Assembly: GCA_951406725.2 (NCBI GenBank)
Contig: OX597815.1
Span: forward strand, 204,972,001 to 205,036,000
Source: Octopus vulgaris
Lineage: Eukaryota
Length of the DNA: 64,000 nt
Reading direction: 5' to 3'
Part shown: piece after piece, positions 41,315 through 54,391 of the stretch
Position numbering within the stretch: position 1 is the stretch's first letter
How the letters are laid out: each line of letters begins with the position of its first letter
Program-made: the position numbers and the translations under genes
The notes under the pieces: model-generated
The model's database searches: none
What the model saw: the letters and a program-made list of their open reading frames with translations, nothing else
Told to the model about the DNA's origin: nothing

Positions 41315-41470
41315 GACGACGGGCTTCTTTCAGTTTCCGTCTACCAGATCCACTCACAAGGCTTTGGTCGGCCCGAGGCTAAAGTAGAAGACACTTGCCC
41401 AAGGTGCCACGCAGTGGGACTGAACCCGGAACCATGTGGTTGGTAAGGAAGCTACTTACCACACAGCCAC
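40978..41470 (-). mobile_element. SINE family A
   Basis: Match to the other copies. Confidence 0.9.
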
Positions 41471-41803
41471 AGCTCCCGGTTTTTCAACGATTCACAAATG
41501 TTAAATATGGTAATATAGATGAAGATTTTACGCTAGAGCTGTTTCTGATAACTATGGGCAATCCATTGGGCCACAGCGCTGTGGGATCGAACCCGGAACT
41601 TGAGAGTGGAATTTCTTAACCAGAGAGTCATGCCAGGACCGAACTATTGCAGTGCATTAATCAACAAGGTCAGCCGTCACATGTACTGTTTTCTGTTCTG
41701 CTATTTGCTTTCGATATTAATATTTCCATTATTTTACTGCTATTTCAATGTTGTTGCTGTTGTTGTTGTTGTTGTTGCTGCTGCTTGTTTGTTTGTTTGT
41801 TGG

Positions 41804-42147
41804 TTGAGCGAAGCGGTCTTCGTGGGAGAAGTCCGAGACGTGGTCCTTTGCTATTCGTAAGACCCGCAGAAGAGAAAGCAGGTCAACCCCCCGACACCGA
41901 GAGCATCGACGGATGGATGAATGCGCATCCAGGCTCAGCGGTTGCGTAGGAAGTCGGGGGACAAGAAACAGGAAGAAAGAGTGAGAGAAGGTTTGGAGCG
42001 AAAGAGTACAACAGGGGTCGCCACCACCCCTTGCCGGAGGCTCGTGGAGCTTTTAGGTGTTTTCGCTCAAAAAAACACACACAACGCCCGGACTGGGAAT
42101 CGAAACCGCGAGTCCACTGCCCTAACCACTGGGCCATTACGCCTCCA
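41804..42147 (-). mobile_element. SINE family C (tail type 1)
   Basis: Match to 19051-19407. Flanked by CAATGTTGTTG. Confidence 0.85.
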
Positions 42148-42337
42148 CAATGTTGTTGTTGTTGTTGTTGCGTGTATACTCCAATTGTTGTCTCTGCGTA
42201 TTTGTAGTTTAATGTAAGATTGAGTTGTCAGATATTGTTGAAGTTGATCGAGCCAGACTGAAGATCAAAGGTGTTATGGCTGTCCCACCCCCACTCCCAA
42301 GCATTCCCACTCTTAAGTACACATACACACGCGCGGG

Positions 42338-42405
<68 letters not shown>

Positions 42406-42414
42406 CAGATAGAC

Positions 42415-42485
<71 letters not shown>

Positions 42486-42504
42486 TAGATAGATGCAGAC
42501 GTGT

Positions 42505-42580
<76 letters not shown>

Positions 42581-42785
42581 GTAATGTATCTAGGAGTACA
42601 TTATCCAGTATGTCCTCCTGTTTCTTGTCTTTCTTTTTTAATATATATCTATTTATTTTTACCTGGTGGGGTGTGGTTTGAAGGAACGGGACAGGTATTT
42701 GAAGCAAGACATGCAACAAATAAAGTTTCCGTTTTGGAATCGTTCAAAATACAAATAAAAAAAAAATGTAAAGAAATAAAAAGAA

Positions 42786-43159
42786 CTAGCAGTATCGCCC
42801 GGCGTTGCTCTGGTTTGTAAGGGAAATAACTATAAAGCATTTTTAGAGAGTTATAGCCAAAAAATGGAAAAAAATGATGGTAACTTTTTTTTGAGAGTAA
42901 AAAAAAGGTGGAGTTGCGTCCCCTAGACAGTTTGCGGTTTGTGTTTCTGATTCTCGACCCCATGTCGAATTTATCGATTTTTTTCAGAACTGGGGGAACT
43001 TTTCAAAATTTTCGCTGCGTTAGTTTTGAATTATGACATTGGGCTATGTGTGTGTCAAGTTTCATCAGAATCGGTTGAAAGCCGTGGTCAGGATGAGGGT
43101 ACAAGCAAACAGACACACAGAAACACGCACAGACAAACTGCCGTTTATATAGAGAGAGA
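42786..43159 (-). mobile_element. Non-autonomous Helitron
   Basis: TC start and CTAG end on the minus strand. 3' ~100 bp shared with the 26234 element; 5' end shared with the 8496 element. Confidence 0.8.
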
Positions 43160-43433
43160 TAAAACCAGTTGGCTTTCTGTTTCTATTCTTTCTTTGTTAC
43201 TTCCCGAAACGAGATTGAAACAAGTAGTCTGAAATGTTGCAATTTCTCTTGTATATTTACTCGTCTAGACGTATTAAGGTGTAGTTATGGACATTAACCT
43301 GCTCAGTTCTATATTTAAGAGATGAGGAATTATGCACATTATTTACATTATTTACATTCGACGGAAATTTGTCCTAAGGTAGAGGACAAATTTCTACCTT
43401 AGGAATGAGAATCCAGGCTCGAAATTTCCCCAA

Positions 43434-43479
43434 GACACCTGAAGAAGGCTGCAGGATATATCAGCCGAAACGTTGTGTT
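43434..43479 (+). ncRNA. Minimal type I hammerhead ribozyme motif (copy 1)
   Basis: GACAC CTGAAGA A GGCTG-loop-CAGCC GAA ACGT T GTGTT. Confidence 0.75.
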
Positions 43480-43569
43480 AACAACAAACAAGATGAGGAC
43501 AAATATCCGTCGAATGTAAGGACAAATTTCTACCTTAGGAATGAGAATCCAGGCTCGAAATTTTCCCAA

Positions 43570-43615
43570 GACACCTGAAGAAGGCTGGAGGGTATATCAG
43601 CCGAAACGTTGTGTT
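43570..43615 (+). ncRNA. Minimal type I hammerhead ribozyme motif (copy 2)
   Basis: Same stems and core as copy 1; differences fall in loop 2. Confidence 0.75.
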
Positions 43616-43881
43616 AACAACAAACAAGATGAGGACAAATATCCGTCGAATGTAAATAACGTAACTAATTAACCTGCTCGTCTAAGTATAAATGCTTTAC
43701 AATAATCGTGTGTAGTGTCATTTATTTGAATTATTTTCAAATCAATATTGTATTTTGGGAATATAATTGGACCCTAGTATTTAACTGGTACTTATTTAAC
43801 TGAGCCTAGAAGAATGAAAAGCAAAGTTGATCTCGGCAGGATTTCAAATTAGAACGTAACTAATTAGAATACAGCAATATT

Positions 43882-44113
43882 AAGGCGGCGAGTTGGCAGA
43901 AACGTTAGCACGCCGGGCGAAATGCTTACAGGTATTTCGTCTGTCGTTACGTTCTGAGTTCAAATTCCGCCGAGGTAGACTTTGCCTTTCATCCTTTCGG
44001 GATCGATAAATTAAGTACCAGTTTCGCACTTTGTCGATGTAATCGACTTAATCCATTTGTCTGTCCTTGTTTGTCCCCTCTATGTTTAGCCCCTTGTGGT
44101 TAATAAAGAAATA
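43882..44113 (+). mobile_element. SINE family B monomer
   Basis: Head plus one unit ending AAAGAAATA. TSD TAGAAT(A/G)CAGCAATATT. Confidence 0.9.
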
Positions 44114-44229
44114 TAGAATGCAGCAATATTTATTGCTCAACACTCTGGTAATAACGAAAATCATGCCCTAAAACGGTAAGATGAGGGCGAGTGGAAGAAA
44201 ATGAGTTGAACAGCTTCTTAAGATTTTAC

Positions 44230-44760
44230 ATTAAGCAATCGTACGTACAATTTCCTGTAATTCAGACAGGTTCGTGGTCCCAGCAGACAAAATGCAAAAG
44301 GTGTTGCCGCGGAGGATGGCGAGGGAGATGCGCTGGAACATCCACTCTGACTCACAGGGCTCGCACTTGCAGACAGCTATCTCCGCTCCGATAGCGGTGA
44401 GAAGGGATATGGTCCAGGGGTCAAGAACGCCGGAGTCTCCATTGCCACAGGCTCGACCATGAACCTGCCAGAAAGTGACTAATACCATAACAGTTTGTTT
44501 TTCTAAGCCTGACGAGCAGCGAAGCCTGGACTGATAGCTGATCACACCAAGTTGCCGCTGGAGAAGGTGTCCCAGTATGTGAAACCCCAGATGAGGGGCT
44601 TACCGTCATACCGTCCACTCGGTCTTTTACCGTCCCCTCAGTCTTGCCCTGCTAGTTCGAGCTGGGAAGGAAAGTTTGCGGCGTCTAGTATGGCTTCCAG
44701 AGCAAGAGTCACACGGGCATGATCATAGCACGCTGTAGCTCAATGATTTATTAAAATCCG
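44230..44760 (-). pseudogene. CRE-type non-LTR retrotransposon: restriction-like endonuclease C-terminus
   Basis: DAANFPSQLE...GDGKRP/DGMTV ... ESEWMFQRISLAILRGNTFCIL, compared with RPDG...WLFQRLS.A.QRGNA. Confidence 0.75.
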
Positions 44761-45242
44761 TAATTGGTGGTGGCCTTCAGCTTTCTAAGCTTGTAAAAAA
44801 AGGTTGGCGTCGAATCGGAAATCAAAAGCAAAATTTCGTTTCCCTTTCCATCCTTCTTTATAAACGGATAATCAAATAAACGAGGAAGATGTTAAGTAGT
44901 ACAGTATTGCCAATGTGAAGCCTTGCCTAACTTCCGTTTTTTTATATTGAAGGGTTCAGCTTTCTACCCTTCAACAATTCGAACCATCTCTATATAGAAC
45001 TGACCAAGGAAATTTACAAATTTAGGCACAAACCAAACGAGCTAAAGAAATTTACAAATCTTAGGAAACCAAAGTTTCTGAGAACATCCCACAGAAGTTT
45101 CGTATAATAAATAGGTCCTGATAATGTTTTGTTTTTGTTTGTTTTTTTTTCGTTTTTTTTTCAGGCTGCCTTGTAACTAAGATCGTGAAGACCGCTTTTG
45201 AAGAAGTAACACTGTGACTCTTGTGCGAGTCACATTATATTG

Positions 45243-45434
45243 TTAGTTAGTTAGTTAGTTAATTTTTTGGCTCAAAAAGCAAAAAGCAAGGCCATGTAGG
45301 GGGACATGGAGTTATGTACAGGGTGGTGTTCATGTAAAGAGTTCAGGCCACTTGTGGTCAAGGGAGACTTTGAACCGAGCAGTCGTCGGCATCTTCACCA
45401 TCTCGTCCGGCAGCTTATTTCACGGATCCGCAAC
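45243..45434 (-). mobile_element. CR1/L2-type LINE 3' end
   Basis: Matches the 57737 copy, with (TAAC)n tail. Confidence 0.9.
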
Positions 45435-46590
45435 CAATATTGGTTGGATCCGTCTCTTGAACATCTTTCCATGAACCTTCTCAGCTTTCGATAGGCGAGC
45501 CCTAACTCTATTGTAGGAGTAAAAAGATTTATCTATCTTATTCTTGAATGGCAATGATGTTTGCATTCTTTCAATGTTGAGATATATACTCATAGTTCCC
45601 CGTCGCTATGATGCAGTGATGAAGCCATGTAGAGAGTCTTGTCCCAACATAGAAATTGTGCATGCCACACGTGTCTGCATACATCTGGATATCTTGAGCT
45701 TTTGCCATCCACCATACATTTTACAAGATACGAACAGTTGATTGAACCTCACTCCAAAAAGTGCAGCATTACCTTTTAGAGTGTGTTATGAGGTGTTGTC
45801 CAGATTTGTTATGTAGGCTTTATACATCATCATATTAAGGGAACTGTTTGAGTAAAAATTATCATTGAAAAAGTCTCGGTGTGTGTTTTTTTTTTTGTTT
45901 TTTTTTTTGTATTTTGTTTTTCATCTGAGGGCTTCGGTTGCATTAGCGAATGTGGTTCTTTAGAGCTATTATTTGTTATCCATTTGAGTGCCTCTGAGGA
46001 TTTCAGGTTGGCAGAGAACGATAATTGTTAAGCTTGCAGAAATCGAGCTTCTTCAAAATTGAGAATTTTAATATTTGTCGGAAATCGCTTTAAAACTGAT
46101 CGTTGCAATCTGCTTTTTTTTTTTCTGTTAGAATCTACTCCACAAACCTGTCTTTCTGGATGTAGTCACAAGACACCTGTACAGTGGTTGATAAATACAA
46201 GGGCATATCCACTAAGTGAGCCTGTGCACTGCATATCTGAGAGCCATTGAGATTGCAAGATCCCTTATTAAGTTATGTATGGACGTGGGAGGTCTGATGG
46301 GAATCCTGGTAAAGAATAGGTTGTATAGTAACCATGGATACTCATACACTAAACGGTTTCTCCGTTCAAAACTTGGACTGGCCAATAGCAATGAACTCTA
46401 AGCAAACGGTTCCTAATCAACTATGTGCTTCTGCGCAAGACAAATCACTTCACTCACTCACTCATTGTCTCTGATTTCTCTCTCTCCCCTCTCTCTATCC
46501 ACCCCTCTCTCCCTCTCTCTACCCTCTCCTCTCTCACTCTCTCTCTCTCTCTCTCACTCTCTCTCTCACTCTCTCTCTCTCTCTCTCTCT

Positions 46591-46626
<36 letters not shown>

Positions 46627-46787
46627 TCATTAATATTTAGCAGAAGCAACAGAGTGACTCAGGGGCCGAGGGTTTCGTGCGTTGGCACTTATCAAACTTA
46701 TCAGAGTTTCACGAAACTCTTGGTCATTGAGTCACTCTGTTGCTTCTGCTAAATATTAATAAAAAATATATACATATATACATATAT

Positions 46788-47345
46788 AGGCGCAGGAGTG
46801 GCTGTGTGGTAAGTAGCTTGCTAACCAACCACATGGTTCCGGGTTCAGTCCCACTGCGTGGCACCTCGGGCAAGTGTCTTCTGCTATAGCCCCGGGCCGA
46901 CCAATGCCTTGTGAGTGGATTTGGTAGACGGAAACTAAAAGAAGCCTGTCGTATATATTTACATATATATATATGTATGTGTATGTGTGTGTTTGTGTGT
47001 CTGTGTTTGTCCCCCTAGCATTGCTTGACAACCGATGCTGATGTGTTTACGTCCCCGTTACTTAGCGGTTCGGCAAAAGAGACGATAGAATAAGTACTGG
47101 GCTTACAAAAGAATAAGTCCCGGGGTCGAGTTGCTCGATTAAAGGCGGTGCTCCAGCATGGCCGCAGTCAAATGACTGAAACAAGTAAAAGAGTAAAAGA
47201 GTAAAGAGAGTAACCTAGCAAAAGAGACTGATAGAATAAGTACTGGGCTTACAAAAGAATATGTCCTAGGGTCGATTTGCTCGACTAAAGGCGGTGCTCC
47301 AGCATGGCAGCAGTCAAATGACTGAAACAGATAATAGAGAGTAAA
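46788..47345 (+). mobile_element. SINE family A with duplicated 3' portion (47215-47345)
   Basis: Full-length copy followed by a second copy of its last ~125 bp. Confidence 0.9.
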
Positions 47346-47600
47346 CTACGTACAATGTACAAAATGCGCACAAACTTGCACGCGTACACACACACACATA
47401 AAGCCCTTATATGTAATGTGTGCGCGTGAGTTTGTTTTAATATTTGTAATTTCTTATATTTCAGCCTCAAAAAATTTGCATTTCTTTGTGTGTATATATT
47501 GCATGTGTGCGCGTGTATTGGTGTGCATATATTTCGTATAGATAGATAGATATATATGCGTACTTTTACATATATAAATAAGGGGGACACACTCACACAA

Positions 47601-47634
<34 letters not shown>

Positions 47635-48070
47635 TCGTATGTATCTGTGTACGCGTGGGTACGTCTGTAAATGTAAAGTGTATGTATATATATATACACC
47701 CAAATCTACGATGTGTGTGACTACTGCTCCTTCACGCGAATAACAGCCTGTCTGTCTGTCTGCCTGTCGATCTGTCTGTCGTCGTTGTTTTGTTTCGTAT
47801 TTTCTTTTCTTTTCTTGTTTTTATCTTTCTCACCCCATTTTTTCTCCTCCCTCACCATGCAATACAAGTCTGGGACACCAGGCCCCTTATTTTCCTATCT
47901 ATCTATCTTACCTACTTTATTTCTTTCTATCTCGCCTCTTTATGTTGTCTGTGTATTCCCTTTTATCTACCACACTTCAACAGGTTATTTGTGCGTGGTT
48001 GATCGTTTTAAGCGATGCCGTGCACGTGGACGACGCCGCATTTGCGTCGTGTGTGCCTCCCCAAGTCTGT

Positions 48071-48132
<62 letters not shown>

Positions 48133-48241
48133 GTGTCTGTGAAAAAGCTTGTGTATTTGTGTCTGTGTATGTGTGTATGTATGCGATTATATGTATGCGC
48201 TTTCCGTTTCAGCGTGTATGCTTGTCTGTGAATGTGTGTGA

Positions 48242-48295
<54 letters not shown>

Positions 48296-48426
48296 ACTTC
48301 AAGTGGGGCGCATGTATGTATGTACACTTCCAGTACTTCAGTACTTCTGGGTAGTTTATATATACGAATGCTTTTGTATACGAGCGTGCGTTTAAATTGT
48401 TGGGTATGTCTGTCTTTGTATTGTTA

Positions 48427-48462
<36 letters not shown>

Positions 48463-48593
48463 TGTATGTATGTATGTATGTATGTATGTATGTATGTATG
48501 TATATGTGTATGCAGGTGTGTGTATGTGTTTGTGTATGTGTATGCAAGTATGTAAATATACATGCACGTATGCAAGTATGTGTGTATGTATAG

Positions 48594-48660
<67 letters not shown>

Positions 48661-48663
48661 GAT

Positions 48664-48745
<82 letters not shown>

Positions 48746-49003
48746 CAAGAGAGAGAGGGAGGAAAGTTGAGCAGCTGTATGTATATGAATGTATATTTGA
48801 GTAGGTGTGTGTGTGTCTATGTATAATGAATATGTGCGTATGTATTACACGAGCATGCGGAGATGTATTTCTTTGTGTAAGAATGAATGCCTGCGTGCAC
48901 ACATGTATGTGTGTCGGTGTATGTGTTAATATGTGTGTATCTCTCTCTCTCTCCTCTCTCTGCATATATATGTATGTGCGTGTGTATATGTATATTTGTA
49001 GAT

Positions 49004-49135
<132 letters not shown>

Positions 49136-49315
49136 CATGAGCGTGTGGTGTGTATGTCACTACATGTATTCCTGTGTGGGTATGTGCCTGTATACATACG
49201 TGTATGTCTAGGCATGTGTATCATCATACATGTATGCATGTGTATCTTACGATCATGTTTCTCCGTGAATTAGTGTGAGGGAGCACGCTTAAATGTATGT
49301 GTGTGTATGGCATAT

Positions 49316-49366
<51 letters not shown>

Positions 49367-49975
49367 TACATACATATATGTACGTACCTACATCTACATG
49401 TACATATACATGCATATATGGGTACAGGACACCAAAAAAACGTCGAACACATATATATATATATATATTTATATATATATGCGTGAGTCTACCAACATAT
49501 ATATATATGCGTATCAAAATATGTAACTCTATTTGTGAGTGTGGACGGGCATGCGCAGATGTGTATGTGGCGTGTGTGTGTATGTGATGTGTGTCTCTGT
49601 GTGTGTGTCTGTGTTTAGAGGCTTAAAATCTTTTCTAATGTTTTCGTTTGTTTTTTATCCAACATTACTAACGAAAAAAAAAAAGAAAAGAAAAAAAAAG
49701 GGATGACATCTTTATCGTCTTGTACTGTATCTACGCTGCACATAGTCTCCCGAATTATAGCTTCCCACCACTACCACCATCGCCACCACGATGACTACCA
49801 TTACCACCACCTCTATTACCATCACTACGACCAACAGCACTAATTTCACCAGCTGCCTTACCAGCACTACCAGCACTTTATCACCTCCTCAACCACCACT
49901 AACGCCACCAACACCACCACTATCATCATCATCATCATCATCATCGTCATCATCTCATTATTATCCCAGCCACAA

Positions 49976-50371
49976 AGGCGGTGAGCTGGCAGAATCGTTA
50001 GAACGCCGGGCGAAATGCGTAGCCGTATTTCGTCTGCTGTTACGTTCTGAGTTCAAATTCCGCCGAGGTCGACTTTACTTTTCATCCTTTCGGGGTCGAT
50101 AAATTAAGTACCAGCTACGCACTGGAGTCAATGTAATCGACTTAATCCCTTTGTCTGTCCTTGTTTGCCCTCTCTGTGTTTAGCCCCCTGTGAATAGTAA
50201 AGAAATGGGTATTTCGTCCGTCGTTACGTTCTGAATTCAAATTCCGCCGTGGTCAACTTTACCTTTCATCCTTTCGGGGTCGATTAAATAAGTACCAGTT
50301 GCGTACTGGGGTCGATCTAATCGACTGGCTCCCCTTACACAAAATTTCGAGCCTTTGTGCCTAGAGTAGAG
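49976..50371 (+). mobile_element. SINE family B: one unit plus partial unit with alternative tail
   Basis: TSD ATTATTATCC(C/G)AGCCACAA at 49957 and 50372. Confidence 0.9.
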
Positions 50372-50409
50372 ATTATTATCCGAGCCACAATCACTACCAC
50401 CACCGTTGT

Positions 50410-50511
<102 letters not shown>

Positions 50512-50518
50512 GGTGGTG

Positions 50519-50563
<45 letters not shown>

Positions 50564-50789
50564 TGAAATAGGTGGGGGGCTCTATGCGTTCTCTTGACTC
50601 GCTAGAAATAGCAGCCAAATCTTTGAATTGCATCCTACCGTCTTCAAAAAAAGTGGTTGAAGTAACCCTGGATATACAAAAGAAAAGGGTGAAGTAGCCG
50701 TTGAAATACAAACGAGATAGTCAAGGTTGGAACGGTATTTGCTCAGTGGTCTGATCATCATCATCATCATCATCATCATCAATTTTCTT

Positions 50790-50992
50790 TCTTTTTTCTT
50801 TTTACTTGTTTCAGTCATTTGACTGCGGCCATGCTGGAGCACCGCCTTTAGTCAAGCAACTTGACCCTGGGACTTATTCTTTTGTAAGCCCAGTACTTAT
50901 TCTATCGGTCTCTTTTGCCGAACCGCTAAGTGACGGGGACATAAACACACCAGCTAGGGGGACAAACACAGACACACAAACACACACGCACT

Positions 50993-51085
<93 letters not shown>

Positions 51086-51237
51086 CGACGGGCCTCTTTC
51101 AGTTTCCGTCAACCAAATCCACTCACAAGGCTTTGGTCGGTCCGAGGCTATAGAAGAAGACACTTGCCTAAGGTGCCACGCAGTGGGACTGAACCGGAAC
51201 CATGTGGTTGGTAAGCAAGCATATCACCACACAGCCA
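50790..51237 (-). mobile_element. SINE family A
   Basis: Match to the other copies. Confidence 0.9.
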
Positions 51238-51639
51238 TCATCAATGATGTCGTTCCTTTTTGAAACTGCGACCAAATCTCCCACAGATCACTCCTTGCAG
51301 CATTTTTGGCAAAAGACAGTTCTAGATACAATTTGGTTGTAACAAAACAAACACAGCGTGGTCAAGGCTGGGGCACCTTAGATCTGCTCGATCAAGCCTG
51401 ACCTGAAGTTAAACAACTACAAAGACCAGGAAAGAAGCCAGTGCGTAGTCACACCACCTGCTAGAAACAACAACCAAACCACTTGTTTTTAAAAACCGAT
51501 GTCTAGACATTGGATAATGTAGTATGAGAAACGTGATAGATGAAGAAAAAAACGAGTGGAGGGGTTTCGATAGAAATGTCTTTGATCATAGATCTATTCA
51601 AATAGGCCTGACCTTGAATTAAACAGTAACATCTTTATC

Positions 51640-51872
51640 CGTTTCTTTATTACCCACAAGGGGCTAAACACAGAGGGGACAAACAAGGACAGACATAGGT
51701 ATTAAGTCGATTACATCGACCCCAGTGTGTAACTGGTACTTAATTTATCGACCCCGAAAGGATGAAAGGCAAAGTCGACCTCGGCGGAATTTGAACTCAG
51801 AACGTAACGGCAGACGAAATACGACTACGCATTTCGCCCGGCGTGCTAACGGTTCTGCCAGCTCGTCGCCTA
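51640..51872 (-). mobile_element. SINE family B monomer
   Basis: Match to family B. Flanked by ACAGTAACATC. Confidence 0.9.
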
Positions 51873-53814
51873 CAGTAACATCATTATCACTGCTCGGAAA
51901 CCCAACATCTTTACCATCACCGTACCAGTTTGTTCCTCTGTGCAGGCATCTTCGTACAAAGGACTTTTTGTGATCTTGCAATTCTCCTGGATTGTGTACC
52001 ACAGGGATCTGTCTTCCTACACACCATATCAACCGACAGGGTTGGCCAAAAGTCAGCTGACAATAAATCAAAACCATTTAATTCCAAGATTTATTTTTGT
52101 TTAATAATAAATGAATTTGATAAAAGCATCTAAATACGAAACATCATGAAAATGGTTCAAACTGAATACCTTCTTGAGTGACACATTTTCCATTCGGGTC
52201 AATACAGAATTACAGATAGTATTTATAGAATTTTGATTTACTGTCGGGTAACTTTTGGCCATCTTCATTCCCATGCCACGCTTCCTCAAAACACACAACT
52301 TCATATATAAATGGCGTCTCATTCACATTAACTCACCATTCTCCAGAAACTTCTGCAAAGCTGGTTAGTCTATTACTGTGTTAGGAACAAAGGGCCGGTC
52401 TCTCCGTTTTTCTCGTGGATATATTCCTTCCTGGACAGGACACCAGTCCGTCGCAGGATTACGCAATTTTGCTAGCTGAGTGGACTTGAGCAACGTGAAA
52501 TGAAGTGTTTTGCTCAAGAATACAAAGCATCGCAAAAACACGAGGGAAAATACTTTGCGACATTTCTTCTGGTTATTTAAAATCTAAGTTCAAATCCCAC
52601 CGACACCAGCTTTACCTTTAACTCGATCGGGGTCGATAAAATGCGATGACAGTCAAGTACTGAGGTCGATAGCATCGACTAATACCCTCCTCTCAAAATA
52701 TTTGACCTTGTGCTTAACCTAGAAACCATTTTAAAACGCAACGAATGGCTAGAGGACTGCTACTGCTAATGGGTTGAACGACCGAAATAAAGGCTCCCTT
52801 GGGGACCGACGCAAAATAAAATGTTAAGTATCTCCTTCAGAAACAGCAGCAGGTGTTGGAACTGGCAACTGTTTCTTATAGCAGCAAACTTATGTGAAGT
52901 ACAACAAGAAAATTCTTGAAATATCAGAAATACTTGAAATAACCCAAATAGTGGAGAACGAGATTCCATTCTTTCACTCCCTTTCAGGTTCTAATTACAC
53001 GACCTGCCATCTACACTTCTTGCAAAAGATGCATACATCTTCCTGCACCACCCACCATTATTTTATCGCAGCTGCAAAAATATTACGTCGACCATCTAGA
53101 AATTCTGCCCCAGACAAACCGGCTAAAAGTGCTTATCTACTAAAGTGCGAACTAACACACTTAATGCGGTGTGCTAAAGCTACAGCAAATTATAATAATT
53201 CTTTTTTCTACTAAAGGCACAAGGTCTGACATTTTGGAGAGGAGTCTAGTTTATTATATCGCACCCAGTGTTCAACTAGTACTTATTTTATCGACTCCAA
53301 AACGATGAAAGGCAAAGTCGGTGACATTTGAACTCAGAACATTTTGCCAGAAAAACTGCTGTAAAGCTATCTGTCCGGGGTGCTAATGATTCTGCTGGTT
53401 CACTGGTTTTGGCTTCATAATTTGGCACAACGTCAAGGGATAAGTTGAATACATTGACCTCCAGTGTTCAACTGATATTAATTTTATTGACCTCGAAATG
53501 TTTCTCAGTAACTAAGGTGACAGCTTTAACTAATGTGACATGACTGTGGCCATGTTGTAACACCGCCATTGGAGTGATTGCTAGTTTATTTAATTTCACT
53601 TTCACGCTTCTTTCTCCTGGTTTGGTTCTGGTGAATCAGTGGGTTGGACAGAGCTGCCCTTACGTGCATTTCTGGTCTTTATGTGTGTTTATCTTATCTT
53701 TGCAGACATTCCCATTTACGCCTCGTAGAATTATGAGGTTCTTTACAAAGGTAATTGAAAAACTCCACGCCCTTTAACTTTAAACCGTGACACTGCCGAG
53801 TTCTCACTCTAGAT

Positions 53815-54391
53815 CAGGGGTTCGCAACCATTTTTTAACTATGGACCCCTTTGATTACTATTTTTATTCTGGTGCCCATCCCATAGCCATTGAATGTTTA
53901 AAAACTAGTTTTTACAGAAACTTCTTTCAAAATTCTTATTTGTTTTAGACTTGTGTAGGTTAAACTATGTGAAATGTTAGAGAAAGAAACTTAGCTGTTT
54001 CTTGCAAAACATACCAATACATACATCTAAGTTCAAATCCCACCGAGACCAGCTTTATCTTTAACTCGATCGGGGTCGATAAAATGCGATGACAGTCAAG
54101 TACTGAGGTCGATAGCATCGACTAATACCCTCCTCTCAAAATATTTGACCTTGTGCTGAAATTAGAAGCCATTTTAAAACGCAACGAATGGCTAGAGGAC
54201 TGCTACTGCTAATGGGTTGAACGACCGGAATAAAGGCTCCCTTGGGGACCGACGTAAAATAAAATGTTAAGTATCTCGTAAAGCAAAACCTTTTCAGGGG
54301 GCCTTAAAATACTATAGTGGATCCCCAGTTTACTATTTTGTTACGTGGACCCCCAAAAACATCTTTTATGGAGCCCGGTTGAGAGCCACGG
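53815..54391. mobile_element. hAT-type MITE containing an inserted local duplication
   Basis: TIRs CAGGGGTTCGCAACC / GGTTGAGAGCCACGG. TSD-like CTCTAGAT/CTCCAGAT. Relative at 28595-28811. Confidence 0.7.

Larger units (their letters stand above)
43305..43667 (+). mobile_element. PLE-type insertion: two tandem 136-bp hammerhead units plus inverted partial copy
   Basis: TSD ATTAACCTGCTC at 43293 and 43668. Inverted arm 43348-43375 matches 43632-43659. Confidence 0.8.

Noticed and set aside
45440-46060. Possible PLE RT remnant on the minus strand
   Set aside because: Only faint resemblance (KSSEALKWI, FYVGT); too decayed to call without a profile search.
46788-46865. tRNA genes at SINE heads (also 19330-19407 and 21641-21710)
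   Set aside because: A/B boxes are present, but they run straight into SINE bodies with no proper acceptor stem or terminator.
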